From an uncultured Pelagibacteraceae bacterium (lineage in GTDB: Bacteria > Pseudomonadota > Alphaproteobacteria > Pelagibacterales > Pelagibacteraceae), in contig CACNZU010000003.1 in assembly GCA_902624885.1 (NCBI GenBank), positions 10,142-74,141 on the forward strand: 64,000 nt of DNA. Direction: 5' to 3'. A program made the translations under genes and the position numbers. The number at the start of each line of letters is the position of its first letter. Position 1 is the first letter of the stretch. The notes below the pieces were generated by a model. It was not told the DNA's origin. It made no database searches and was given only the letters and a program-made list of their open reading frames with translations. Positions 55,091 through 63,741 of the stretch are shown here, in pieces.

Positions 55091-55576
55091 GTGAAGCGTA
55101 ATAAACTGAATAATAAAGTAGCAATTATTATGGGATCTCAATCTGATCATTCCATAATGAAAGAATGCGCTAAAATTTTAAAGACTCTTAAAATTAAATA
55201 TCAGATTTCAATAGTCAGTGCGCACAGAACACCAAAAAGAATGTTTGAATTTGCAGAGTCAGCTTCAAAAAATGGTTTTGGTGTTATTGTGGCTGGAGCA
55301 GGGGGCTCAGCACATTTGCCTGGCATGGTGGCATCTTTATCTTCCTTACCGGTAATAGGAGTCCCCATAGAAACAAAAAAACTTAAGGGTTTAGATAGCC
55401 TGTTATCAATAGTGCAAATGCCACGTGGTTGTCCTGTAGCCACAATGGCAATTAATGGGTCTATGAATGCAGGGTTGCTTGCAGCGTCAATTATTGGAAA
55501 TTTTGATGAAAAAATTAAATCAAATTTAGAAAAGTGGAAACGTTTACAAACCAAATCCATTAAAAAAAAACCGTAA
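55091..55576 (+). CDS. purE: N5-CAIR mutase
   Basis: IMGSQSD, SAHRTP, AGAGGSAHLPGM and SIVQMP.G.PVAT motifs; GTG at 55091 preferred as start. Confidence 0.97.
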   Translation: MKRNKLNNKVAIIMGSQSDHSIMKECAKILKTLKIKYQISIVSAHRTPKRMFEFAESASKNGFGVIVAGAGGSAHLPGMVASLSSLPVIGVPIETKKLKGLDSLLSIVQMPRGCPVATMAINGSMNAGLLAASIIGNFDEKIKSNLEKWKRLQTKSIKKKP

Positions 55577-55580
55577 TTAA

Positions 55581-56624
55581 ATGGCAATAAGCACCCTAGG
55601 AATCATTGGTTCAGGTCAACTTGGATCATTACTTTGTCAAGCTGCAAAAAAACTTAATATTAAAACTGTAGTAATATCAGATGATGAAAATGGACCTGCC
55701 CAAAATTATTCGGGTGAATTTATCTACTCACAATACGACAACAAAGAAAAGATAAAAGAGTTTGTAAGCAAAGTCGATATTATCACCTATGAGTTTGAAA
55801 ATATTCCAATAAATATTTTAAATGAGATCGATAAAGAAAAAAAAGTCTTACCTAAGCCTGAAATAAATAAAATAATTCAAAACAGAAAATTAGAAAAAAC
55901 TTTCGTCAACGATTTAGGTATTAAAACTACAGACTGGGCTTTTATCAAACAGGCTGGAGATGTCGAAAAGAATAAAAACTTATTACCCGGAATCTTAAAA
56001 TCAAATACACTCGGTTATGATGGACATGGGCAATATGTTTTAAATTCCCTTGATGATGTAAAAAAAAATTGGTGTTTTACTGATGATTATATTTTAGAAA
56101 AAAAGGTAAATTTAAAAAAAGAGATATCAGTTGTAATAACAAGATATTCAAATAGTGAAACTTATATTTACGAGCCTATAGAAAATATTCATAAAGACCA
56201 AATCTTAAATCATTCAAAAATCCCTGCAGATATAAGTAAAGAAATTTTTGTTAAAGCACAGAGTAATGCAAAACTTATTTCAGAAAAATTAGATTATGTT
56301 GGCACGATGTGTGTTGAATATTTTATTGATCAAGATGATAATTTGTTAGTTAATGAAATTGCTCCAAGAGTCCATAATTCAGGTCACCTAACAATAAATG
56401 CGTTTTCCATAAGTCAATTTTCTGGACATGTTGCAGCTGTGTGTAATCTTGGTATAAAAAAAGTTGAAAAAATTTCTAACGCTGAAATGTTCAATGTCTT
56501 GGGAAAAGATATCGAGACTTATAGGTCCAAAACATTTAGTAGAAATGAATTTTTTTATGATTACGGGAAAAAATCAATTAAAGATAAAAGAAAAATGGGA
56601 CACCTTACGGTTTTAAAAAAATAA
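55581..56624 (+). CDS. purK: N5-CAIR synthase
   Basis: GSGQLG, EFENI, GYDGHGQ, NEIAPRVHNSGH and RKMGH motifs. Confidence 0.97.
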   Translation: MAISTLGIIGSGQLGSLLCQAAKKLNIKTVVISDDENGPAQNYSGEFIYSQYDNKEKIKEFVSKVDIITYEFENIPINILNEIDKEKKVLPKPEINKIIQNRKLEKTFVNDLGIKTTDWAFIKQAGDVEKNKNLLPGILKSNTLGYDGHGQYVLNSLDDVKKNWCFTDDYILEKKVNLKKEISVVITRYSNSETYIYEPIENIHKDQILNHSKIPADISKEIFVKAQSNAKLISEKLDYVGTMCVEYFIDQDDNLLVNEIAPRVHNSGHLTINAFSISQFSGHVAAVCNLGIKKVEKISNAEMFNVLGKDIETYRSKTFSRNEFFYDYGKKSIKDKRKMGHLTVLKK

Positions 56625-57434
56625 TTATTTAATTGTTATTCTATGCATAACTCTTCTGCAGTTCTTAATTTCACTAGCCATATGCAGAATACTTAAATTA
56701 TCCCAAAGACAGATATCACCTTTCGTCCACTCATATGAAAATATAAAATCTTCTTTGTTGACATGATCTATTAAATAATTTTTTAAATATTCAGCTTCGT
56801 CTTCTTTTACATTTTTAATCTTCATTAAATGTCCTGGAGAAACATAAAGAGTTTTCTTTCCACCCACAGTAATAACTATTGGATGTTCGGCTTCCATACT
56901 TTCTGAAGATTTTATTCCCATTTCTTTCTCTCGTTCAAGTCTGGTTATTGCTATCGGACCTGCCGATGAAAAAACTCCAGTAGCGTCTTTAATTTTTTCT
57001 TTAATGTCGTCTGGTAATTTTTCGTAAGCATTAAAGCCAGATGAGAATATAGTATTACCTTGGCCAACTGGTATTTCTATACCCATTAACATTGTATATC
57101 TAGGTCTATCATTAGCTAAATAACTTGTATCCTGATGAAGCCAGCTAGAACCAAAACTTAAATTTTTATCATCAGGCTTTCTCTCGATTACATTTATAAA
57201 TGGAAATTTTTCATCTAAACCTTTAAGTCTTGGATACACTACGGGTTGACCTATATTCTTTGCAAAATTTTGATAGGTTTCAGGATCAAGATTTTGTTCT
57301 TTTATAAATACAACCCCATACTTATTTAAAATTTTTTTTATTTCTGTTGCCTGATCTTGATCTAGGGATTTTAAATTAATGTCGTTGATGTAAGCTCCAA
57401 CATTATTTTTTCCTGGTGAAATAGATAAATTCAT
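56625..57434 (-). CDS. TauD/TfdA family Fe(II)/2OG dioxygenase
   Basis: HQD.SY, HP, WDN...H and R.MHR motifs. Confidence 0.9.
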   Translation of the reverse strand: MNLSISPGKNNVGAYINDINLKSLDQDQATEIKKILNKYGVVFIKEQNLDPETYQNFAKNIGQPVVYPRLKGLDEKFPFINVIERKPDDKNLSFGSSWLHQDTSYLANDRPRYTMLMGIEIPVGQGNTIFSSGFNAYEKLPDDIKEKIKDATGVFSSAGPIAITRLEREKEMGIKSSESMEAEHPIVITVGGKKTLYVSPGHLMKIKNVKEDEAEYLKNYLIDHVNKEDFIFSYEWTKGDICLWDNLSILHMASEIKNCRRVMHRITIK

Positions 57435-58061
57435 TTAGTTCAAAGGTTTAATTAAAACAGGGTCATTATTTACTGGATTGTTAACATCTTTTGATATCTC
57501 ATGAAACTTTAAATTGGGTGGTTTAATAGAGTTCAATATTTCCATAGCATCTTTTTTAATGTTTAAATAATTATTAATCTGGCTTTGATTAATAATCATT
57601 GGCTCTCTATGATGGATGGTACTAATTTTTTCAGTAGCTTCTCTTGTAATTATACAAAACTGGTCATTCTGATATATCCCGGCAAAATACATCAATTCAT
57701 CATCCTCATTTGAAAAATAATAGGGAGTTTTTGTTTTATCTTCCCTTTTCCACTCATAATACCCATCAGCTGGAATAATACATCTTGATGTCTGGATAAG
57801 ATTCTTAAAAGTAACCTTTTCCATAAGTGTTTCTCTTCTTGCATTAATAAGGGGGGAAAACTTATCTAATTTTTTAGACCAACTCGGAACTAATCCCCAC
57901 TCATAGAGCTCAAGAGCCTTACCATTTGAATAGGATTTTATTACAGGTAACTTTTGAGTCGGGTGTGCATTATAATTATCTGTATCCTCAACCTTAATAT
58001 TAGTTTTTACCAAATCAGTAGTTTTAGTAACTGGTTTCCGAATGCTATATCTTCCACACAT
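57435..58061 (-). CDS. SOS response-associated peptidase (SRAP/YedK, abasic-site crosslinking family)
   Basis: N-terminal MCGRY, WGLVP, INAR.E, GYYEW and IHHREP motifs. Confidence 0.92.
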   Translation of the reverse strand: MCGRYSIRKPVTKTTDLVKTNIKVEDTDNYNAHPTQKLPVIKSYSNGKALELYEWGLVPSWSKKLDKFSPLINARRETLMEKVTFKNLIQTSRCIIPADGYYEWKREDKTKTPYYFSNEDDELMYFAGIYQNDQFCIITREATEKISTIHHREPMIINQSQINNYLNIKKDAMEILNSIKPPNLKFHEISKDVNNPVNNDPVLIKPLN

Positions 58062-58171
58062 TATTTATTTTTTCTCTCTCTTTTAAGCTTTCTCTTTTCT
58101 TTTAAAGATAACTTTGCTTTTTTCATAAAGCTTCTATCTTTTTGACTTTTACCCGAATATCTTTTTGACAT
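58061..58171 (-). CDS. Unannotated 36-aa basic small protein
   Basis: MSKRYSGKSQKDRSFMKKAKLSLKEKRKLKRERKNK fills the gap exactly, with a TAATG stop/start overlap into the SRAP gene. Confidence 0.7.
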   Translation of the reverse strand: MSKRYSGKSQKDRSFMKKAKLSLKEKRKLKRERKNK

Positions 58172-58173
58172 AC

Positions 58174-59010
58174 TTATTCATCTATTATTTCATGTAATTG
58201 CTCACCAAGTCCATCTACTTTTAAGTGAAGTTTGTCACCTGGCTTTAAAAATTCAGGTTTTTCCATTTCCATTGCCGTACCCGCAGGTGTCCCGGTAGTG
58301 ATAATTGTCCCAGGATATAAAGTCATAAATTGACTTAAGTGAGAAATTAAAAAATTGAAATTAAAAATCATTCTTTCTGTATTTCCAGTTTGTCTTCTGT
58401 TGCCATTTACATCTAACACTAAATTAATATTATTTAAGTTTTTTATTTCATCTTTGGTCACAAGGTAAGGCCCTGTTGGTCCTGCTATAGATTTACCTTT
58501 GATCCATTGACCACCTCTTTCTTTTTGCCAAGACCTTTCAGATATGTCATTAACGATACAAAAGCCAAATACATAATCTTGAGCATTTTCCTCTTTAATA
58601 TATTTGCCTTCTCGACCAATAATCATTCCAATTTCAACTTCGTAATCCATTTTATTAGCAGATTTAGGTTTTACAATTTGATCATTAGGACCCTGAATAC
58701 ATCCTGAGCTTTTGTTAAAAACAATTGGTTCAGTTGGTAATTTTGATTTAGTTCCTTCCGCATGCGCTTTATAATTTAAACCGATTGCCAAAAAATCTAC
58801 AGGATTAGATATACAAGCTCCAATCCTAGTATCTGAGTTTATTTCCTTTAGCTCTGATAATTGAATCTTTTTTAATTTGATTAATGTTTCTTCATTAATG
58901 GTTTGGGGATTTAAATCTTTAACATGATTTGATAGATCTCTCATAATATTATTGTTATCTAAGGCAGCAACAATTTCTCTGCCAGGTTCTCCAACCCTTA
59001 ATAATTTCAT
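58174..59010 (-). CDS. Fumarylacetoacetate hydrolase family protein
   Basis: IGLNY..H, DYEVE, NDISER, GK and TGTP.G motifs. Confidence 0.92.
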   Translation of the reverse strand: MKLLRVGEPGREIVAALDNNNIMRDLSNHVKDLNPQTINEETLIKLKKIQLSELKEINSDTRIGACISNPVDFLAIGLNYKAHAEGTKSKLPTEPIVFNKSSGCIQGPNDQIVKPKSANKMDYEVEIGMIIGREGKYIKEENAQDYVFGFCIVNDISERSWQKERGGQWIKGKSIAGPTGPYLVTKDEIKNLNNINLVLDVNGNRRQTGNTERMIFNFNFLISHLSQFMTLYPGTIITTGTPAGTAMEMEKPEFLKPGDKLHLKVDGLGEQLHEIIDE

Positions 59011-59034
59011 GAGATAATTCTAGCTATGAAACAA

Positions 59035-59481
59035 CTATTTTACAAACCTTTTAATTCTTTCTTCAGTCGTAGTATCCGGACCGCCATAAGGCGTTTCGTA
59101 AGAGTTCGTTCTAGTCAAGACGTCAATTCCTTTAGTGAAGATAAAAATAAAGAAGATTATAAAAAAAACTGCAAATATTTTTGCAGGATTGTAATTACCT
59201 GACTGGAAAACGCTGACAGGTTGTTCCTGCTTTTTGTGAAAAAATTTAAATGTTAAGTAAACTGCAATAATTAAACCAATGTGTGCCATTACTACTCCAG
59301 CCCAGCCAAAAATGAAAGATGTTACACTAAAAACGTACAAACTAAAGACAGTTGACCATACAAATGATAGAACTATTAAAATTTGCAATCTTACTGATTT
59401 AGGTAAGCTTCTCAAATCATTCTTAGAGTCATCAAACATGATATTAGCAGCTTCTTGCATCCAATTTTTAAAACTTTCCAT
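59035..59481 (-). CDS. Hypothetical membrane protein
   Basis: 148-codon ORF with about three hydrophobic helices. Confidence 0.7.
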   Translation of the reverse strand: MESFKNWMQEAANIMFDDSKNDLRSLPKSVRLQILIVLSFVWSTVFSLYVFSVTSFIFGWAGVVMAHIGLIIAVYLTFKFFHKKQEQPVSVFQSGNYNPAKIFAVFFIIFFIFIFTKGIDVLTRTNSYETPYGGPDTTTEERIKRFVK

Positions 59482-59529
59482 AATTGATTATATTAAATTA
59501 TTTAAATGAAAGATTCATTAATTACTTTT

Positions 59530-60138
59530 TCACAGGTTCCTAGCTAATTTTTTTACTCTATTCATGTATTTTTCGAATATTCTTTTATCAAGTTGAGGCA
59601 ATACTGAGTAAAATCTAAGGTATTTTGTTTTAAGACCACCAAGTTGGAATACAGACTTTTTAATTCTTCTGTATGGAATATTATCAAAAAATGAAAAATT
59701 CCAATAACTCACCATAGGTCCACCGTAGCTTATTGCAATGATTCCTAATTTTCCTTTCATAGCACCTGGAACTGGGTAACCATAATTTTTAAAAAATTTG
59801 CTACCAGGTATTAAAGATCTATAAGAAAAATACCACTTGGGATGTAAACACCAATCTATAAAATTTTCAGTTATGCTTGATAATCTTAAATTATGGCAAG
59901 GGCTGATTAAAAACATTACATCACAATCCTCTAATCTTTTCCTATAATCCAAAACTAATTGAGGAGGAGGATTAACCTCTTGATTGTAAAAAGGTAATTG
60001 ATCTTTTTCTTCAAATAAATTTATTAAATCGATTTTATGACCATTTTTTTCTGCTTCATTAATAAATGTATCTCTTACAGCGCAGTTAAAAGAAGTTTTA
60101 GAATTAGGGTGTCCATATATGATACAAATTTTTTTCAT
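59530..60138 (-). CDS. Flavodoxin-fold NAD(P)H-dependent oxidoreductase (Flavodoxin_2-like)
   Basis: IIYGHP...SFN N-terminal motif; ATG at 60138 behind an AAGGAG SD. Confidence 0.8.
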   Translation of the reverse strand: MKKICIIYGHPNSKTSFNCAVRDTFINEAEKNGHKIDLINLFEEKDQLPFYNQEVNPPPQLVLDYRKRLEDCDVMFLISPCHNLRLSSITENFIDWCLHPKWYFSYRSLIPGSKFFKNYGYPVPGAMKGKLGIIAISYGGPMVSYWNFSFFDNIPYRRIKKSVFQLGGLKTKYLRFYSVLPQLDKRIFEKYMNRVKKLARNL

Positions 60139-60284
60139 CAATCTCCTTTCTCACTTTTACGTATCAGAAAGCCTGAGCCTATCCCTACGGAAATAGCTGA
60201 AACAACCCATGAATACTCTTGTTCACTGAAAAGAACTAGGAGACCAAAACCTATAATGATTACACCTAATAGCTTATTATCCAT
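60138..60284 (-). CDS. Unannotated 48-aa two-helix membrane protein
   Basis: MDNKLLGVIIIGFGLLVLFSEQEYSWVVSAISVGIGSGFLIRKSEKGD; TGATG overlap with the next gene. Confidence 0.7.
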   Translation of the reverse strand: MDNKLLGVIIIGFGLLVLFSEQEYSWVVSAISVGIGSGFLIRKSEKGD

Positions 60285-60310
60285 TGACAAATATATAACT
60301 TATAATAAAG

Positions 60311-60405
60311 TTTCATTACCCATCTGTCATGGGAAAAAAGACTCGGCATTCGACATGCCGGACCTATAAAGGGTTGCAAAGTCGGTAGAAATGAAAGGAG
60401 TTGCT
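60311..60405 (+). ncRNA. Putative structured cis-regulatory RNA leader (family not recognised)
   Basis: About 49% GC over 60319-60387. Stems CCCAT/ATGGG, CGGCAT/ATGCCG, GACCT/GGGTT and GACT/AGTC. Upstream TTGACA-N16-TAAAGT. Confidence 0.6.
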
Positions 60406-60597
60406 ATGAATAGATTTAGTAAACTGTATGGAAATTCTGCCGTTAAAAAAGCTGAGCAGAAACTCTCAATGCAGTTAAGTAAAAACCAAAAAGCCCCAGA
60501 GGCTAACGCCAATGGAACGGCTGGTTATTTGGTCAAAAACGGAAAAAATTCCGGAAAAATTTTGAAGCATTTAAAAACCGATAAAAATCAGCTTTAA
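60406..60597 (+). CDS. 63-aa basic hypothetical protein
   Basis: Strong AAAGGAG SD before ATG 60406 and a terminator right after the stop. Confidence 0.8.
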   Translation: MNRFSKLYGNSAVKKAEQKLSMQLSKNQKAPEANANGTAGYLVKNGKNSGKILKHLKTDKNQL

Positions 60598-60606
60598 ACT
60601 TTTATA

Positions 60607-60632
60607 GGGTGGGGACTTTAAAATCCCCACTC
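60607..60632 (+). terminator. Terminator-like hairpin
   Basis: GGGTGGGGA-CTTTAAAA-TCCCCACTC; the U-tract is weak (AAGTCTTT). Confidence 0.65.
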
Positions 60633-60652
60633 AAGTCTTTAATATCCTCTCA

Positions 60653-61744
60653 ATGGAAAAACAAAATTTTTATGATCTTAATTTTGATCAACTAAAAGCT
60701 TTTTTAATTGAAAAAGGAGAAGTTGAGCCAAAAAAAGCAAAGATGAGGTCACAACAACTTTTTAATGCAGTTTATAAAAAAAATATTAAAAGTTTTGATC
60801 AGCTTACAACATTTGGAGCTGAACTTAGAGGAAAAATCAAAAATTTGATTAGTTTAGAAAAACCAAAAATTATAGATGTTCAAAAATCTAAAGACGGGAC
60901 AATAAAATTTCTTTTAGAGCTTAAAGATAAACGTAATGTTGAGACAGTCCTCATCCCTGATAAATCTCAAAGCAGATATACAATTTGTTTATCTGTATCA
61001 GTCGGTTGTTATCTCTCTTGCGAATTTTGTGCAACAGCTCAAATTTCAAAAAAATTAGTAAGGAACTTATCACCGGGAGAAATAATATCACAAATAATTT
61101 TAAGTAAAGATTATATTAATGATTGGTCAACACAGAAAAAAATAACTAATCAGGTATTGATGGGTGAAGGCTCGCCTTTTCTCAATTTAGATAATGTAAA
61201 AGTTGCCATAGACAATTCAAAAAACAAAGATGGCTTGGAGTACGGAAGAACTAGAATTACAGTAAGTACAGTAGGAGTAGGAACTAAAAAAGACAATTTA
61301 GATTCAATAGAGTGGGCTGCAAATGAGTTAGATGTTTATCTTGCATGGAGCCTACATAGCTCAATACCAAAACACAGATCAGAGTTAATGCCAATTAATG
61401 ATAAATATTCAATAAATTCATTATTACCAAAACTAAAAAAGTATTATGAAAAAACAAAATTACCTATTTTTATTGAGTGGATATGTTTAGATGAGAATTT
61501 GACAGATGCACATGCTAAAGAACTTATAAAGATTATGAAAAAAGTTCCTTCAAAATTAAATTTAATTGAATTTAATCCTCTTTCAAACAAAGATTTTAAA
61601 CCAGCGACTCAAGAAAATATAGATAAGTTTTCTAAAACAATTCAAGAAGCTGGATTTCTTTCTTTGTTTAGGAGAAGTAGAGGTAGAGACATAAATGCAT
61701 CTTGTGGATCGCTAGCGAATAGTAAAGCTATGTTAAATGAATAA
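60653..61744 (+). CDS. rlmN: RlmN/Cfr-family radical SAM RNA methyltransferase, divergent
   Basis: DGTIKF, ETV, C...GC...C.FCAT, SLH and RG.DI.A.CG motifs; the MGMGEP motif reads MGEGSP. Confidence 0.75.
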   Translation: MEKQNFYDLNFDQLKAFLIEKGEVEPKKAKMRSQQLFNAVYKKNIKSFDQLTTFGAELRGKIKNLISLEKPKIIDVQKSKDGTIKFLLELKDKRNVETVLIPDKSQSRYTICLSVSVGCYLSCEFCATAQISKKLVRNLSPGEIISQIILSKDYINDWSTQKKITNQVLMGEGSPFLNLDNVKVAIDNSKNKDGLEYGRTRITVSTVGVGTKKDNLDSIEWAANELDVYLAWSLHSSIPKHRSELMPINDKYSINSLLPKLKKYYEKTKLPIFIEWICLDENLTDAHAKELIKIMKKVPSKLNLIEFNPLSNKDFKPATQENIDKFSKTIQEAGFLSLFRRSRGRDINASCGSLANSKAMLNE

Positions 61745-62687
61745 TTTACATATTTTTTTAGGCGCAACAGTTGCAGACGCAGCGACTAGACCTCTACATT
61801 GGGTATACGATCCAAAAAAGTTAAAGAAATATATCAAGGGAAAAAAAGAAATAGTTTTTTTGAAAAAAAATAGAAGTCCTTTCTATAACATTAAAACTGG
61901 AAAGGTTTCAGGGTATAATGATATTGGACAAGTAATGTTTCACACTTTGATTTACTCAAAAAAAAAATCAGAAATTTTTAGGAATTTCAAAAAAAATATC
62001 ATAAAACACTTTGGGCCAGGGTCAAATTATTGGAAAAATCTAAAATTAAGAAAAAAATATAAAAAAGTGAAATGGAAAAAGCCTATGAATGGACCTTGGA
62101 TCCATCAAAATATCTTAGAGACTATACAAAATATCAAATCTAAGAAAATTATCACTGGTGGTACTAAAGTAAACGAGTCCGATGGTTATTGTGCTGCTCT
62201 GCCTTATTTTCTTTTCAACGATAAAGAAAAAGAAATTAAAAAGGTTATTAAATCTGTAGCTAATTCAAAAATAAATGAAAAATATGCTTTATCTAAATTA
62301 AAGATTATAGATTTAGCTAATAAAAAAGATAGAAATCCTATACAAACTTTTGTTAAAAAATACAAAAAAAATAAATATTTTAAAGACGTAATTACAAATA
62401 TTAAAAAAGTTTTAAGACTAAAAAACCAAAATCATATAATGACTGTAAGAAAGTTTGGGAAAGCTTGTAGTTATCCTGGCACATTTATGGGATCAATTCA
62501 CGCGATTATAACATCTAACAGCTATAAATCTGCTATTATAAAAACGATTAAAGCTGGTGGTTGCAATTGCTCAAGAGCAAATTTTGTTGGAGCGTATTTT
62601 GCAGCATTAAAACCAGAAAGTATTCCAAGCCACTGGGTTAGAAGAACTTTGCCAGCAAAAAATATTTTAAAATATATTAATTCTTAA
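61737..62687 (+). CDS. ADP-ribosylglycohydrolase superfamily protein (SelJ/J1-crystallin-like)
   Basis: GA.VADAA..PLHW.YD, SPFY and GGCNCSRA.FVGA motifs. Confidence 0.75.
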   Translation: MNNLHIFLGATVADAATRPLHWVYDPKKLKKYIKGKKEIVFLKKNRSPFYNIKTGKVSGYNDIGQVMFHTLIYSKKKSEIFRNFKKNIIKHFGPGSNYWKNLKLRKKYKKVKWKKPMNGPWIHQNILETIQNIKSKKIITGGTKVNESDGYCAALPYFLFNDKEKEIKKVIKSVANSKINEKYALSKLKIIDLANKKDRNPIQTFVKKYKKNKYFKDVITNIKKVLRLKNQNHIMTVRKFGKACSYPGTFMGSIHAIITSNSYKSAIIKTIKAGGCNCSRANFVGAYFAALKPESIPSHWVRRTLPAKNILKYINS

Positions 62688-62703
62688 TGTGGTATATTTA
62701 TTT

Positions 62704-63732
62704 ATGGATTCGTTAATCATAGTTTTAGTGGTATTATTAGTCATAATTAACCTCGGAGTTATTTTCTTTCTAGTAAGAAATAAGCCTGAAAAACAAATAA
62801 ATCCAGAACAGGCCTTTAAAGATGAATTTAACTCATTTAAAGAAACCTTCGGTCAATCCTTTGGTTCTATGAGCAAAGAAATAGCTAAAGACATGACAGG
62901 AGCTTTGACTAAAGTTGATGAAAAAGTATCAGTATTTAATCAGCAAGTCAGTGAACTTAATAAAAGCCAGGACAATTTTAGTAGAATTTTAAGTGGGGTA
63001 AAAACTTACGGGACACTCGCAGAATTTGGATTAGGCGCTCTCCTTAAGGATTTATTACCAGCATCTCAATTTATTGCAAATGCAAAAATGAAAGATGATA
63101 CGTCCGAGACAGTTGAATTTGCCATTAAGCTTCAAGATGTTTTATTGCCTATCGACAGTCATTGGCCAGTTGAAAAATATAAAGCAATTGATGACGCGTA
63201 CAATGCTAACAATAAAGAGGCACAAGCAGAGGCGAGAAAGGATTTAGCTGCTGCATTTAGATTAAAAGCTAAAACAGTAAATTCAAAATATATAGCTCCA
63301 CCTAAAACTACAGATTTTGCAATTATTTACGTTCCAACTGAAGGACTATTTTCTGAACTCTCAAGCTACAGAGATCCCAAAACAAAAGAACTTTTATTAC
63401 AAGAACTTAGAACAAAATATAAAGTAACAGTTTCTGGCCCTAATACTTTATCAGCTTTGTTGCAATCCTATCATTTAGGATTTCAAACACTAAAAGTTCA
63501 ACAACATGCAACTCAAATTTATAGTGATTTAAGGAACATAAGTTCTAGGTTTGAAAAACATTTTGATGGGATTAAAGATTTAAGAAAGAAATTAGAGCAA
63601 GCCATGGCTGCAACCGATGGTTTTGGTAGGGACGCTAGATCCATAATGAATACACTTGGGAACATAAAAGATCCAGAGCAAGTAACAGATTCCTTGAAAG
63701 AAAATCCAGAAAAGATAAAAGTTTTAAAGTAA
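62704..63732 (+). CDS. rmuC: DNA recombination protein RmuC
   Basis: N-terminal TM, coiled coil, KT.G..E, LPIDS, KYIAPP.TTDFAI.Y.PTEGL and GP.TL.ALL motifs. Confidence 0.88.
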   Translation: MDSLIIVLVVLLVIINLGVIFFLVRNKPEKQINPEQAFKDEFNSFKETFGQSFGSMSKEIAKDMTGALTKVDEKVSVFNQQVSELNKSQDNFSRILSGVKTYGTLAEFGLGALLKDLLPASQFIANAKMKDDTSETVEFAIKLQDVLLPIDSHWPVEKYKAIDDAYNANNKEAQAEARKDLAAAFRLKAKTVNSKYIAPPKTTDFAIIYVPTEGLFSELSSYRDPKTKELLLQELRTKYKVTVSGPNTLSALLQSYHLGFQTLKVQQHATQIYSDLRNISSRFEKHFDGIKDLRKKLEQAMAATDGFGRDARSIMNTLGNIKDPEQVTDSLKENPEKIKVLK

Positions 63733-63741
63733 ACATAAATT

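Noticed and set aside
60037-60512. ORFs 60037..60369 (+) and 60327..60512 (-)
   Set aside because: Antisense to better-supported genes; they would not explain the SD, terminator and stem pattern.
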